A DNA stretch of 64,000 bases from Chrysomallon squamiferum (taxonomy: Eukaryota > Animalia > Mollusca), in contig CM022665.1 in assembly GCA_012295275.1 (NCBI GenBank), positions 25,110,001 through 25,174,000 of the forward strand, written 5' to 3'. Below the pieces are notes generated by a model. The model saw only the letters and a list, made by a program, of their open reading frames with translations, was not told where the DNA came from and did no database searches. Shown piece after piece: positions 1 through 16,641 of the stretch; the stretch's first letter is position 1; each line of letters starts with the position of its first letter. The translations under genes and the position numbers were made by a program.

Positions 1-55
1 TTCTAGCTTCAGATCACCATTCACATATAAACATGCCCGAGTTAATGAAACTCAC

Positions 56-1559
56 ATGTTGAGATGCCAGCTCCTGCCATTGTAATAATATTTTTGCATT
101 TATCACTAATAATATATTTAGCCACACCCTCCAAAGTAACCTCAGGTAACAACTGTTCAGATTTGTCTGATACTGTTAATAATTTCTTCAGTTTTTCTTG
201 TATCGAGTCTACATCTGTGGAAAAAACAAAAACAAATATCTGTAATGTAACATCATTTCACAACTTTTCATTTTTTGATGCATGGACTGTAAAACAGAAG
301 AAAAAATAATAAATTATATATATATGTATGTATATATATTTTTTTAAATATTATGATGTAAAATATTTATTTTAATGCAATTAATTTTTCTAAACTTTTC
401 TTCAGATAATGTTATATAATTTTTTCAATGTAGTTTTGCTTCTATTTTTTTCTTTTGATGTTATTATTACAAGTAGTATTAGTAGTAGTAATAGTATTTA
501 TTTCTGTATTTTAACACTTCATCATAATCAAAAAAGGAAGAAATAAAAGCTTAACCTTTCAGATGCAAATAATTAGTTAATTTATTAAGCAACAGATAAC
601 AATTTAATTACCTTTTGCATTACTACTTTTCTCCACTTCTTTTTCTCCTTCAGCTGGAAGCTGAATGAAAAAACGATATATCGGTTTTGATGCGGATAAG
701 CAACAATTTCAATTGTGCAGAAATAACAATGTTATTCTTATTACTGACAGAGACATAATGATGTTATTCTTGTTATTTCTGACAGACATAACAATGTTAT
801 TCTTGTTATTAATGACAGACACATAACGTAATATATGTACATGACTAAAATATTAACATTAAATTCAATATAATATTGCGATTTTTTTGTGTTTCTAGTC
901 AGTATGTGCATACCGTAACATTCTTTTTAGTGCAGTATGGGTTTTGACGAAGAACATCTAAATGAGTTCCATAAAAAATAGACTTAGGTGGTCATGGCCT
1001 ACTTGTTTAATAGTTTTCTGACTATCAGCAGACAGCAATATTTTGTGCAGTTTGTGGTTGAAATTCATATATGGCTGTTTATGTATGGCTAAAAATTGCC
1101 TTATGAAAAACAGTACTTTTAGCTATATGGTTATGTTAACTGTTTAACCTTACTGCAAACATGTGAATAGTAAGTACTGCTTAAAGTGTTTTGTTCGGTT
1201 CGTTAAAAAAACTTCCGTAAACAAAATCTTCACTATGTGACATCATGTTTGTTGTTGTTGTTGTTGTTTTTTGTTTGTTTGTTTGTTTTGATTATTTAAC
1301 GAAGGAGCCTCAGAATACATACTGAGTCAAGATATACATATAATCCAAGGTTAGATCTGAACAGAAGGAAACAATTCGGTTTTTATTCAGTGAGATTTTA
1401 ATAATGATGCTAATAGTAGTAATAATAATAATAATAATACAATCAATATTACAATTATTATATTTATTTCAATACATTAATTAATGCATTTAAGTGGATA
1501 ATATTGCTATGATAAATCAATTCTCTTACTTTTTCGTAATCTTTTGTGCTTTCAGCCAT
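56..1559 (-). CDS. SIRT2: NAD-dependent deacetylase sirtuin-2, 5' part (first 3 coding exons; gene continues past the window start)
   Basis: Exons 1559-1530 (MAESTKDYEK), 660-612 (LPAEGEKEVEKSSNAK) and 214-56 (DVDSIQEKLKKLLTVSDKSEQLLPEVTLEGVAKYIISDKCKNIITMAGAGIST), all GT-AG and in phase. LLxExTLEGVAxY...C..I...GAGIST matches the start of the SIRT2 catalytic domain. Confidence 0.9.
725..828. repeat. Short minisatellite, ~32-34 bp unit x3, in SIRT2 intron 1
   Basis: The unit aatgttattcttgttatt..tgacagacataac recurs three times with small variations. Confidence 0.75.
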
Positions 1560-1780
1560 CGTTAGTTAAATGTAATATATACTCTATAATACTGTAGCTG
1601 TCGCTGTCAATCGCTCAATGCAATCCGTGATAAAACCGAATGACTACCAAAGAAAAATAAAACAGTGCCTCAAGAATATAGAACAAGTATTACTTTATAT
1701 AAAGAAAACTAAGGCTTTGTTTCTTAGTAACTGTTAACATTACATATCATTATATAATTATTATACATAGATTTGATACT

Positions 1781-1932
1781 CAAGCGGAAATCGGAACACA
1801 TCATCGTTTGAAACATCTGATGTCGCAAGTACTATTCGGAAATCTTCGTGGTCCATTTCCGAAAATATCGGATAATTGCTGAATCTTTCTTAATGGTTTT
1901 CAAATGTTACGGAAATAGGCGAATTATTCCGA
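1781..1932. promoter_or_regulatory. Putative SIRT2 promoter: CpG-rich patch with clustered CGGAA/TTCCG (ETS-like) motifs
   Basis: About six CGGAA/TTCCG cores within ~150 bp, 220-370 bp upstream of the SIRT2 ATG, in otherwise CpG-poor DNA. Confidence 0.5.
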
Positions 1933-2627
1933 GTGTAAAATAAATGTATCAACATTAATGGCATATTGAAATAAAGTGAAAACAACTTTTAGATTATTGA
2001 AATAATTTCCAGCATTGTACTGTTTGAACAACAACAAAATAATAATAATAATAATAACACTAAAAATACTGTTATTACTTTCAGCTAATATTAGTTTTAT
2101 AACACAAATTAATCAAATAATATTATTTTAAACATACTAGGTTATATACATAATATAGAGGCCAATATGTCTTTTTGTTTAAGACCAGAATGGATGAAAG
2201 TAAGATGTGTGGAAACATTTCTGTTAATATCAGCTACTTGGCAAACTGAATTAGCATAGATTTTTTTTTATCAGCCCGTTTTAGGACATTTGCATATTGC
2301 TAATTGGAAATCTCAAATAAAAGCCAACCATTAATGATGAATGAAAGAATATATATTAATGGAGTCCATTCTGTTTGAAAAAAAAAATTAATACAATAAT
2401 TGCTATCATTTTTACACTAAGATAAACATTAGCGTGACAAAATCACAGAATACAATGTCAGTGTACATAAATTATCTAATTTAGAAATACTTTAGATATG
2501 ACACTCTGATTTGGTTTTTGAACAAAAATTAAATGAAATGTCAGAATAAATCATTTCTGTTTCACTTTAGCAGTGTAAAGACTTCATTTGGAACTAATTA
2601 CATATGTAAAAACTGTAGTATTTCTTA

Positions 2628-3115
2628 GTGTGTAGTATGCTATACCTGTGAGAAAATGCATATAAAAGATTACTTGTTTCTACTGATAAAAATATCCACC
2701 ACAGAAAGAGAATATGATTATTTGCCAGTCACCACAATGGTTATTTTGTGTATGTATATATATGAATTGTGTTCTGCATTAATTACTATATGAGGGTAGG
2801 CTGTGTGATTCAATAATAATGATCAATGCTAGAATAAATTTGTACAGCATTTAAACACTAGTATATTATTTTATTGTTAAAAGAAATATATTAATTTTCC
2901 AGTACTTTATGTTCATTAGACAACCAAACACATTAAAAATTTGCCACAAAACAGTTGAAAGTTAAGATAAAAAATAAAATTAAAATAACTGATATATGTG
3001 GGAGAATGTAAACAAAACTTAAAAGTAGTCTAATGAATAGCAACAGAGGGTTTCCTCTCTCATATCATTATATCAAAAAATGTTTCAGATACAGTGTAAT
3101 GTTGCTATTAAAATG
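2628..3115 (+). mobile_element. Degenerate SINE fragments (Meta/MESC-like core)
   Basis: tgtgagaaaatgcatataaaagattacttg (~2647-2676) and caacagagggtttcctctct (~3041-3060) resemble, from memory, the molluscan SINE core gtgcatataaaagatcccttgctgc...gcgggtttcctctct. Related copies occur elsewhere in the window. Confidence 0.45.
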
Positions 3116-4002
3116 TTTTTTGGTGCCCAAGAACAATTATTCATCAGATCAAATTTCACATCCTTCAGTACATTTGTAATTTTATATATTCTCATCACAC
3201 AATGTTAAAAGAAAATAAAACAAAAACAAACACATAACTATTTCAACTTTATTTCAATGACCTGATAAAATGAACAAGGCTAAAATTTCCAATGAAACAT
3301 ATTATACAAATACATTTTTCAAGTATTATTATTTTTTTAATTTAAAAAGGATCATATTCAAATTTTTTATTAAAGTTTTTATTTTATATGTTACTTCTTT
3401 CATAAAATAACTACAATACAATTTTGAAGTTTATAAGAACACAATTGTAAAACCAAGTTAGTTTGGTTTTTTTGTGGGTTTTTTTTTCTTCTCCAATTTA
3501 ATAACTATTTTCTTGAAACTGGACGGAGAATATCAAATACATTCATGTTACTAAGATAAAATTATTTTTATTATTCTCCAGGATGGTATTTAGTTGCTTG
3601 AGATAATATATCCTACACCTTTACAATTTACATTAAAAAATATGTTTACACAAATAAAGTTTTTTTAAACATTTTGCAGACTTAAGAAATGATGATGTGA
3701 TTATTCTCAAAACGTACATGATTTAATGAACAACAAAAAATGGTTTTAAGTATAACAGAATGAAAAAGGTTTAAAACTTTACTTTAAAAAACACCAGAAA
3801 ATATTTCAATAGACTTGGCAAAGTTCATCTGGCATTTCCTTAGAAAAAAGTCACCATTCAAGTTTTTCCTACATTTTGTGATGACTGTTAACAGAGAAAC
3901 AGTTTGTGTTGTAAATTAATGTTCTCTTTTTATAAGTCCAGTTTGTACTGTCTCCATGGATACCATGGTTCAAGTGTAAAAGTGCACCAATTACCAAACT
4001 GC

Positions 4003-7000
4003 TCAGATCAAATCCGCAACTGAAAAAAAAATCAGTTAAAATTTAAACAAAATGTTGAATAAAGGGTAAAATAGAAAATGCTAATTAAAAAAAAAATCGT
4101 AAGTTTGGACAGCACATCAGTAATTCTTATTATAAACCATTTTTAGGGGCACAAACCAATATTGAAAAAAAAGAAGAAGAGTTAAATCTGCACCTTACAT
4201 ATTATAATTGAGGTCAAATAAAACTGAATTTTAGATATAAAAATATATACTTGGATCAAAATTAATTTTAAATGAATACATAAATTTCTAATAACAATGC
4301 AAAAATTGTAACTATGCAAAAACAGTTATTCCACATTGAAAACATTATTAATTCATCTCTTACCATTCATGGGCATTTCATCTATCTGGGTTGAGTAGTA
4401 CTGTTCAATATCTCGCAGAATTCTGATATCATCATTCTTCACAAAGTTAATAGCAACACCTTTGCGACCAAAACGACCTGATCGACCAATTCTAAAATAT
4501 ATAAAACAGTTTAGTTATGCACCATAATAAAAAATAATAAAAGATAAATACAAAAACATTTAACAAAGGAAATGACGTTAGGGTAAATAATCTATCTAAT
4601 GGATGAGCAAACTTTTAACAATAATTTCTGTGTAATTAAATTAAAATCTAAAGTGATAATGAGTAACATAAATGAGCATTACTTTATTTGAAAAAAATGT
4701 TAGTTTTCTAGATAAATCTCATGTAAGGCGTATTTTTAAAAGAAGAACATACCTGTGAATGTACAATTCTCTGTTGTTTGGCAAGTCATAGTTGATTACC
4801 AGTGACACCTGCTGAACATCTATACCTCTAGCCCAAACATCTGTTGTGATCAAAACACGGCTAAAAAAAATAAAAAAAAACATTTTTTAAAATGTCCGAG
4901 ACTGTTATGAATCATAAAGCAAAATAAAACATAAAATAAAAATAAACAGTTCTTTACAGAAGATTAAGCAACTCAAGATAAAAGTTTATTTTTTTGGTTA
5001 TTATTTTCATTCCAATAAACTAGTCTATAAACATTTTTTTTTCTAAAGGTTAATTCGTGAATGTTTTTAAAAAGAAAATTGCTTGAAAACCTGTGTGTGA
5101 TAAAAACAGAAAATTGATATTTCTCATTTACAAGTGAAAAGTCATTATAATAACTTTTGACAGAAATGAAACAATTACCTTGCCCCTGAACGAAACTCTT
5201 TCATGATGCCATCTCTCTCTTTCTGTGGCATGTCACCATGCATAGAGGAAACAGTGAAATTAGCCTCCCTCATCTTCTCAGTGAGCCAGTCAACCTAGCA
5301 GTTGTACCAAAAAAAACAGTAATAAATAGTGATGTAGTGAACAAAATATTCATGAACATAAAATAATGCTCTGTCATCTGCACAGAACTAATTTATTTTT
5401 AAAAAACTCAAGTTCCAAAAGTTATACTGGGATAACATTGATTTTAATGGGTTAAAAATGCATTACCAGTACATGTAGAAGTAATTTTAAGTCAAAACAT
5501 TCTGTTTAAATAAGATGTGACAAGTTCTTAGGAGTTGAATTTTTTTTTTTTGTTTAAACAATAATTCAGGCCAACTACAAAAAATATTCCCTTGTCCTAT
5601 AAGTTTACAATTACAGCATTGATCTGATAAATTATGCCACTAATAACAGTTGATGAATCCCAGTGATTTCATGGGCTAAATATCACTGAGTGTTATTCCA
5701 TTCTACAATAAACTACGACTGACCTTTCTCTTTGTATTACAGAAGATGACAGCTTGTGTAATGGTGAGCGTGTCATACAAGTCACAAAGAGTATCAAACT
5801 TCCATTCTTCTCTCTCCACAGCAACAAAGAACTGTTTAATACCTTCCAGTGTCAACTCATCACTGAAACATGAAAATAAATACTTATCAAACTTGCTGTA
5901 ACATTAAATACATTAATGGAAAAAAATAAATAAGAGGTTTCATTTAAAAATTAAATGTTTTTTGAATCAAACAATATCAATCAAGTTAAAATAAATAATT
6001 AATTACACAGGTACCTATACATTTCAAATGAATGTGAAAAGTGGCATGAAGAGAAATAATCTGTGTTTGAAAAGCATTTATTACTAACCGTTTCACCAGT
6101 ATTCTGATTGGGTCTGTCATGAACTTGCTTGTCATTTCCAGAATTTCATGAGGTAATGTGGCAGATATTAACAGGACTTGTGTGGCAGGAGGAAGATATC
6201 TGTAAACATCATAGATCTGTTCTTTGAAGCCTAAAAAAGAGTTTTATCATTAATAATTAAAAAAAATTATGTTGTGAAATAATTTATGCTGAGACTGCCA
6301 CAAAACTGAGGGGAAAAAGCCCCGAACTCTCACAAAAAAACCCACTGAAAACTAAATGGTTGTAACCTTTGTCATTTGATTTTAACTGTTTATAATACAA
6401 AACCAAATATGAAGTAACCAACAAAAAAGAAAATTTGTCTGATTACCATGAATGTTGTTGTTTTGATAAATATTTTGCAGAAAAACTAATATTTTCACTA
6501 TTTTTATACAATCATTATAAAATGTATTTACCTTTGTTTAACATCTCATCAGCTTCATCCAGTATCAACATTTTAATTGATCTTGTGCGCAAGTTTCTTC
6601 GACGAATCATATCTATGAAAAGGTTAAAAATATGAAATGAAAAATGTTCATGATGAATTAACTCATGCTTAATTATAATCCAGGAAGAGATGACTATATT
6701 CAATTTCTACAAGACAGAGTAACCAATGGAAGTTTTTAAAAGGAAATACAACCTGTATTAAATATTTTAATAAAAAATTGGATGTGCTACAAATAAAATG
6801 CATGAGGTACTGTTAACTCAATGGAATTTTCTTATTCAGTGGTTCTTTGTTAATATACTGGTTTGGAATGCAGGAGACTGTGAACAGATTTTGGAAATAA
6901 AGATGAAAAAATATAATAAGATATGAATAATGCAATACATACTAAAATGAAATGGCTGTGAACAAATATTCTACTTATTGTTAAACTTACCAAATACTCT

Positions 7001-10000
7001 TCCAGGTGTGCCTGATACAACATGTTGACCATAATCAAGTTTTCTCATATCTTCTCCTATGTTTGTACCTCCAATGCAAGCATGACACTGGACACTCATA
7101 TAGTCACCCAGTGCTAGAATAACCTTAAAAATAAAAACAAACAGTGTTTTTGTCTTTTCCAACAACATTTAATACCTATTTGCCTGCTATATTTAAAAAA
7201 AGTAAATTTTGTTATCAATAATGTGTATTAAAATCAAGCCTTTATGCTGAAATAAATAAATGTATCCATTTCTTTTCTTTTTTTTAAATATATTCGTATT
7301 TCACTTTTTCAGTACCATGAATAAAGAAGTCTGTGTCCTTTACTATTACTGGCAAATCCTGTAATATTGATTAAAATAACATTTTAAAAATAATACAAAA
7401 CATTAGAAAAATATTTTTCATATATTTTAATTTCTAACTGGATGAAGATGGTTAATAAACAGTACCTTTTGGATCTGAACTGCAAGTTCTCTTGTTGGAG
7501 AAAGACACAAAGCTTGTGTTTCCCGGACTTGTGTATCCAAACACTGGAGTATGGCAATTGAAAATGTTGCTGTTTTACCAGTTCCTGACTGTGCTCTAAA
7601 AAAGTCAACAGCAAAAATATAGTTATAAATAAAATACATAAATAAATTTCATCTTGTCAGATTAAAAAAATGTTTAATAAAAATTATTGCTATAAATATA
7701 GTACATTTTTTTAAAAGTCTGAATAGATTCAGATTATTGTGTGAAATATTAACTATCCTGCCAGTATCAACAGAAAAGTCAATAAAGATGACTAACTGCC
7801 AGGTATGTTCCCAAAACTGGCAGTCTCCAGATTAGGTAAGCGGTGAGGTGTTATAATCCACTTCCAGAAATGGGGAAAACTGGCGTGAGCAATTAAGGCC
7901 AATTTAGACGTACGGGGATAACAAGATGTGTGAAGAACAGATGGAGTGATTAACAAGATTAACCTTAATAAGCAGTGAAGAGCAGAGGTCAGAGGTAGCC
8001 CGAATAGAGATGGCAAGAAAATTAATGTTATATCTCATTAAAATTTGGAGCCAGGAAATACTACCAGAAGACAAGCACAAGCTCTTCCAGCTGGTTTTGG
8101 AGTACGTCACGTGTACCCAGGACACAGCTTCCTACTTGTCAGCTTGAGGTGAAGTGCTTTCTGGGACATTTTGTGTGTAAAGTGTGACTGAATGTGCTTT
8201 CAAATTGAGGACAAAATGATGGGCCATCAGTTAAGGTGACGGAATACCAATTAGTAAGGGTGAGCAATAAACTGCCAGAAATGGAACAATTGGCGTGTCC
8301 AATTAATATGTGTTATAATCTCACTGCCAGATTTGAGAACGCCAGAATCTGCCAATGTGTCTATAACAGTTTAACAGAAATAATATTAAAGAAGCTCCCA
8401 ATTATCTCCAGCAAATACAAAAAAATAACAAATATCAAGAACCTCACCAACTGATTATGGTAAGTTCTGTCACAGCAAGACAAAACTGACATGATGTTAT
8501 ATTTATAAACAGTAGCACCCAGTTCTCATAACTGTGCAAGTGCTTCACCATTATTTAATGACAAAGCAGAAATACCACCACCTAAACATTCAAAGAACAA
8601 TAGAAACAAGAAACAGATAAAAAAAAAAAAAAAAAAAAACCAGTCAAGAGGTTTTGTGCCACCATGAAAAAGAAAGTGCTGTTTTGTATTCATACATACA
8701 TATATGCACACACATAGTGATGTCTTTAGATAAATTACTATCAAACTGTGTCAAATGGAGAACATTTTCTGTGACAATCAGTCCATTTGCCCATTCAGTG
8801 TGTACTTACTGAGCAATCACATCTCTTCCTTTTACAATTGGTTTTACTGCTCTTTGCTGAATGGCAGAAGGTTTTTCAAATCCTGAAATATAATAATCAA
8901 GATTAAGAAATTATATATTATGTTGAAATATATCATTATTATTTTTAAAATGTTAAGTGAAACATATGTGAGAAAAAAAATAAAGGTAGTCTGATTATAT
9001 TCTTATTCTTACAAAGTATTAATGACTGGTCAGTTATTGCAACGGTGACAGTATTTTATTTTTAATATTGCACATCTTTTTTAAAACAATAATGTATTGG
9101 GAAAAGTGTGACATTTTCTGGTGAACTGACAATTGAACTTCACATGACTGTCTCAGAATGAAAATGTGCAAGCAGGCATGTGTATGTATGAAAACACACA
9201 CTCATGCCGTAAACATTTAGTACACTGAAGTAGAATAAAATATACATCCAATCAAATGGCAGGACTTTGATCAGGTGACCTAATACAAGGAGATAATGGA
9301 TTGTTTATAATCCATACTGCTGAACAAGAGGATTTTCCCATAAGTTAGACAGATTTTGATGACATTTAGTAACTAAAAATATTAAAATGGTTTTATTATG
9401 GAAATTTTATATATGGACAAACTAAAGCTGGGAATCCATTTACCTAATGCCAAAATGACATTAACATGAAACACAAATGAATGAATCCTTTAAAACAAAA
9501 AGATAATGATTTTTTTTTTGCTGGCCAATCATATATTAAATATTAGCTAGTGGTACAGTATTTTGTTATTTTATTGAATTTATTAGAATTTTTATTTTAT
9601 AATTTATTACTTAATAAATTTGCCAACAACTGAAGATCATGTTAGAATTGGCATTAGTTTCAGTGCTGTGTCAATACTGCTTCGTGTTAATGAATTTAAA
9701 CTTAGGTCAGAATTATTTTGCCACAATTTGTTTTGTGTCAGTATTGGGTAAATGGATTCCCAGCCTAACACACTGGGAAATGGGTAGACCCTACTGGTGG
9801 AAAGCACAATTTTCCCACCAGCAATATATCTCCATTAAAAAAGGCATGATCTTGTTAATTTCACATGCATGCCAAACAAAATAGACAGGGTTTCAAAAGT
9901 TTTTAAAATCATTAATTCATTTTCATAGATAAATCCTTTTTTGTTGTTTGTTTTGGAACACTTCTTTTCCATATTCATTGTTTAGGTATGTGTATTACTG

Positions 10001-12258
10001 CCGGAATTGCGTCTGCCATTTTCTGCTATATCCGTGTGACCTGAATCTCCCCGATGGCGAGTGGTGTCTCTGCGTAAATCGCTTCTCATTAGTCAGGGGC
10101 TGGGAGTTTCGGTTATCCCTGATGGTATAACTAGCGGGAAATTCCTGTATACTCACTCGTTTTCAAATTTTTCAATTCGGTCAATTGGTTCGTTTCGGAG
10201 GAGAGTTCGAATTTTTTTTCATATTCAACGCGTTAAAATCGGTTGTTTTCGATATCGGAGGATAATCTAAGGTAGATGGAGGCGAAGAACAATATTTAAT
10301 TTTATTATATGTGAATTTATTTTGAAATCTGACATAGCTGAGAAAAGTTACAAACGCCAGAAAGAGGAGTTGTAACATCGGAATGGCTTCAAAATCAAAC
10401 ATGGCGGATGAAAATTCGAGTGAAACTGAAGTGATTTCTACCCTCGATTTCAGCTATGTTTGATACATGAGTGATAGAACAGATTGTGATGCTGTATAAA
10501 TATACGACTGTTCTCTGTGTCACACTTTTATTACCCAATGGATTGTAAATAGTGGACGATTGTGGATTTTGCAAGTGCCTTCTAGCCAATCGATATGAAC
10601 TGATTTTGAAATTTAGTAATCATTTTTATTATGTTGGCCTTCTTTTCAGGATGCCTAACTTGAAGCGGAAAAGAAAATCCCCCAATCAAAGGACTGGTAT
10701 AGCCAACCAACACTTGGAAGAGAACTTTCCCAATGGAATTCCAGTTTCTTTGACAAATTTCTTAAATGGTCACGTATTCAGTATTGTTTATTTTTGTCTT
10801 TCGCCATGCAAAGACCTTTAGAGAACTTCAATCATATATCCCCAATAATATTACTGGTCATCAGAGAAATACAGTTTTGAATTATATTACATCACAAATT
10901 CAGAAACTTGTTGACAACACTCTGAACAAATTCAAGAAACTCAGTGACACTGTGGAATTCAATATGTTTGATTCCATTTGTCACGAAAGTTTTGATCAGC
11001 TGAACCTGACCAGTACTATTTCCACAGTTATGTCATGTATTATCCAGCCAGTGGAAGTCCCTCAGGCTGATGAAGAAAATGCCATTGTTCTTCCTAGTAC
11101 CAAGCCTGTTGCTATGTCCCCACTGAAAACCAGGCAGATAAGAAAGTGCCATAACTGTGAGAGATATCATGAAAGTTTGCAATTTGCCAAACAGAAAGTG
11201 AGAAACAGGATCTCTTAAAACGTCAGAATTAAAATATGCTGTATTACTAATTATTTATATTGCATTTTTAATAGCTTGAATTGAGAGGACTAGTTACCAT
11301 CTATCTTCAGTCCAAATTTCACTAATAAAATTTCATTATTAAGAAAGTTACATGCATTTTAGTGAAAAACAATAGGATTTTGGTCACGCCATTGTAATGC
11401 AAATGCATTAAATAACAGGACAATTAATTAGTGTTAATTGAAAACGTTAAAATGCTGTAACTTCCTTAATACTCAACAGAATCACATGATGTTTGTTGTC
11501 TTTTATAGGGTTTTTAAAGTTCTTTTCAGCAATGTTATTTATGATGAAGTTGGTAGTGTTTGAATTTTTTGTCCACACACCTAAATTGTTTGTTAGGCTG
11601 CTGGTACCTTAATTAATAACTTCTTTTTAATTTTTACAAATATAATCGATAGCAGAGATTGGCATTGGTCTTCACTGAAAATTTCATCAAGAAAGCTTGA
11701 TTATTAACAAAGATAGAGGGGAAAATGTTAAAATATTACTATTTTTGGTCACAAATGACTTATATAGCGTTTCGGGGGGCTTAAAATTGCTGCTACTTCC
11801 TTAATTTTTTACATATTCACTTGATCTTGGTATCATTTTAAAGTGGTTTACAAGTTCTACCCAACTGTCTTATTTATTTTCAGATTAGTGGGGTTTGAAA
11901 AATATGTCCACATACCTACATTGTTGATAGTTTTCTTCAGCATTCTGCTCAGATGAACACCTAACAAATTATCTCTGAATCTTACTCAGTTAGTGTTAAC
12001 TATTACTATGTCAACAAAATGTTCGTTTACGTTTTGCAAAAGCGCGCTCTGACGTTAGGGCCTCATTCTCACACAATTGAATAATCTAAAATGTGGCGTG
12101 TAAAATCTTAACATCACATTCACAGTTAATATGTTTCAGTTCAAACTCTGGTAATTTATTTAGTCATTTACAGAATGAATATTGAATATATAATATTATA
12201 ACTTTATAACTTTATAACTTATATTTATAATCATAAATAATGATTTACAATTAACTTT

Positions 12259-12301
<43 letters not shown>

Positions 12302-12490
12302 TGAAATCAGATGAATTTTTAAAACCATAACTGTCTGAAAAAAAATCACTATCATACCGTACGCATAAATCCCCCTGAGTAGTTCTTCTCGAAGACCCAT
12401 GTTATCAAACGTTGGGGTAACTTCCACCTCTTCACTAGTTTCAAATTCAACATTTCTCAAATCATCAGGTAGTACACGCCGCGACGCCAT
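4003..12490 (-). CDS. EIF4A3: Eukaryotic initiation factor 4A-III (exon junction complex DEAD-box helicase), complete, 399 aa
   Basis: 11 in-phase GT-AG exons: 12490-12358, 8882-8810, 7595-7466, 7123-6991, 6612-6532, 6230-6089, 5862-5724, 5294-5179, 4860-4753, 4491-4364, 4019-4003 (total 1200 nt). Motifs [40 protein letters not shown] and [13 protein letters not shown]. eIF4AIII-type [10 protein letters not shown]-terminus, [14 protein letters not shown] and MPMNVADLI* end. Confidence 0.97.
7757..8368. mobile_element. GC-richer insertion in eIF4A3 intron 2, probable DNA-transposon relic
   Basis: Repeated CTGCCAG/CTGGCAG motifs at both ends, the duplicated motif ccagaaatgg..tggcgtg..caattaa (~7864 and ~8275), TGTTATA...TATAACA ends, and a disrupted plus-strand reading frame inside. 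No clear TSD. Confidence 0.45.
9426..9765. mobile_element. MITE, PIF/Harbinger (Tourist-like)
   Basis: Terminal inverted repeats (TIRs) AGCTGGGAATCCATTTACCTAATGC (from 9426) and GTATTGGGTAAATGGATTCCCAGCC (to 9765). TAA on both sides (9423-9425, 9766-9768) is the Harbinger-type TSD. AT-rich non-coding interior. Confidence 0.8.
9983..11918 (+). mobile_element. Internally deleted hAT-like (hATw-type, 7-bp TSD) DNA transposon in eIF4A3 intron 1
   Basis: Perfect 10-bp TIR TAGGTATGTG (9983-9992) / CACATACCTA (11909-11918) flanked by the perfect 7-bp direct repeat CATTGTT (9976-9982, 11919-11925). CpG-rich left end and a frameshifted ORF remnant inside. Confidence 0.8.
10651..11218 (+). pseudogene. 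Frameshifted, truncated N-terminal fragment of the element's putative transposase
   Basis: ATG at 10651 follows a ttttcag acceptor. [11 protein letters not shown] (NLS-like)...CLSPCK, then a 1-nt frameshift near 10810 into TFRELQSY...[24 protein letters not shown]. It lies inside the TIR/TSD-bounded element; no catalytic DDE region is left, so the transposase identity is inferred. Confidence 0.5.
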
Positions 12491-12794
12491 TTTCGTAGAG
12501 TATGTGATGTTTGGATTTCCCTCCTGTTGTTAGAGCATCTACCATTTAGAAACCAAATTTAAGAGGTGCACCTTCTCAAGTAAATGTATCTTGTGATTAT
12601 ATAAAAAAGAAATAACAACATTCACGTTGACTTATGCAGACCATTCCCCCTTCAAAATGTATTAAAATTAAAACGGCATAAAACGGGGTTTTTTGGCACT
12701 GCATTGTTATAAAAGCATAAATAAAAGGGAGGAAATGTGTTTTACAAAAGCCTGTTTGACGTGCGGAAATGTTATAAAATAGATTTTGGTTACA
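12491..12794. promoter_or_regulatory. Bidirectional promoter region shared by EIF4A3 and ALKBH6
   Basis: The divergent ATGs at 12490 (-) and 12795 (+) are 304 bp apart. Locally CpG-enriched, with a YY1-like CGCCATTTT over the eIF4A3 start and an ETS-like GCGGAAAT at ~12763. Confidence 0.7.

Positions 12795-16641
<3,847 letters not shown>

Noticed and set aside
64-309. 81-aa plus-strand ORF
   Set aside because: Antisense to SIRT2 exon 3; no independent protein features.
11590-11612. ...GGTACC-TTAA resembling a Kolobok/piggyBac terminus
   Set aside because: No matching left end was found, and the TAG..CTA TIR with a 7-bp TSD explains the element better.
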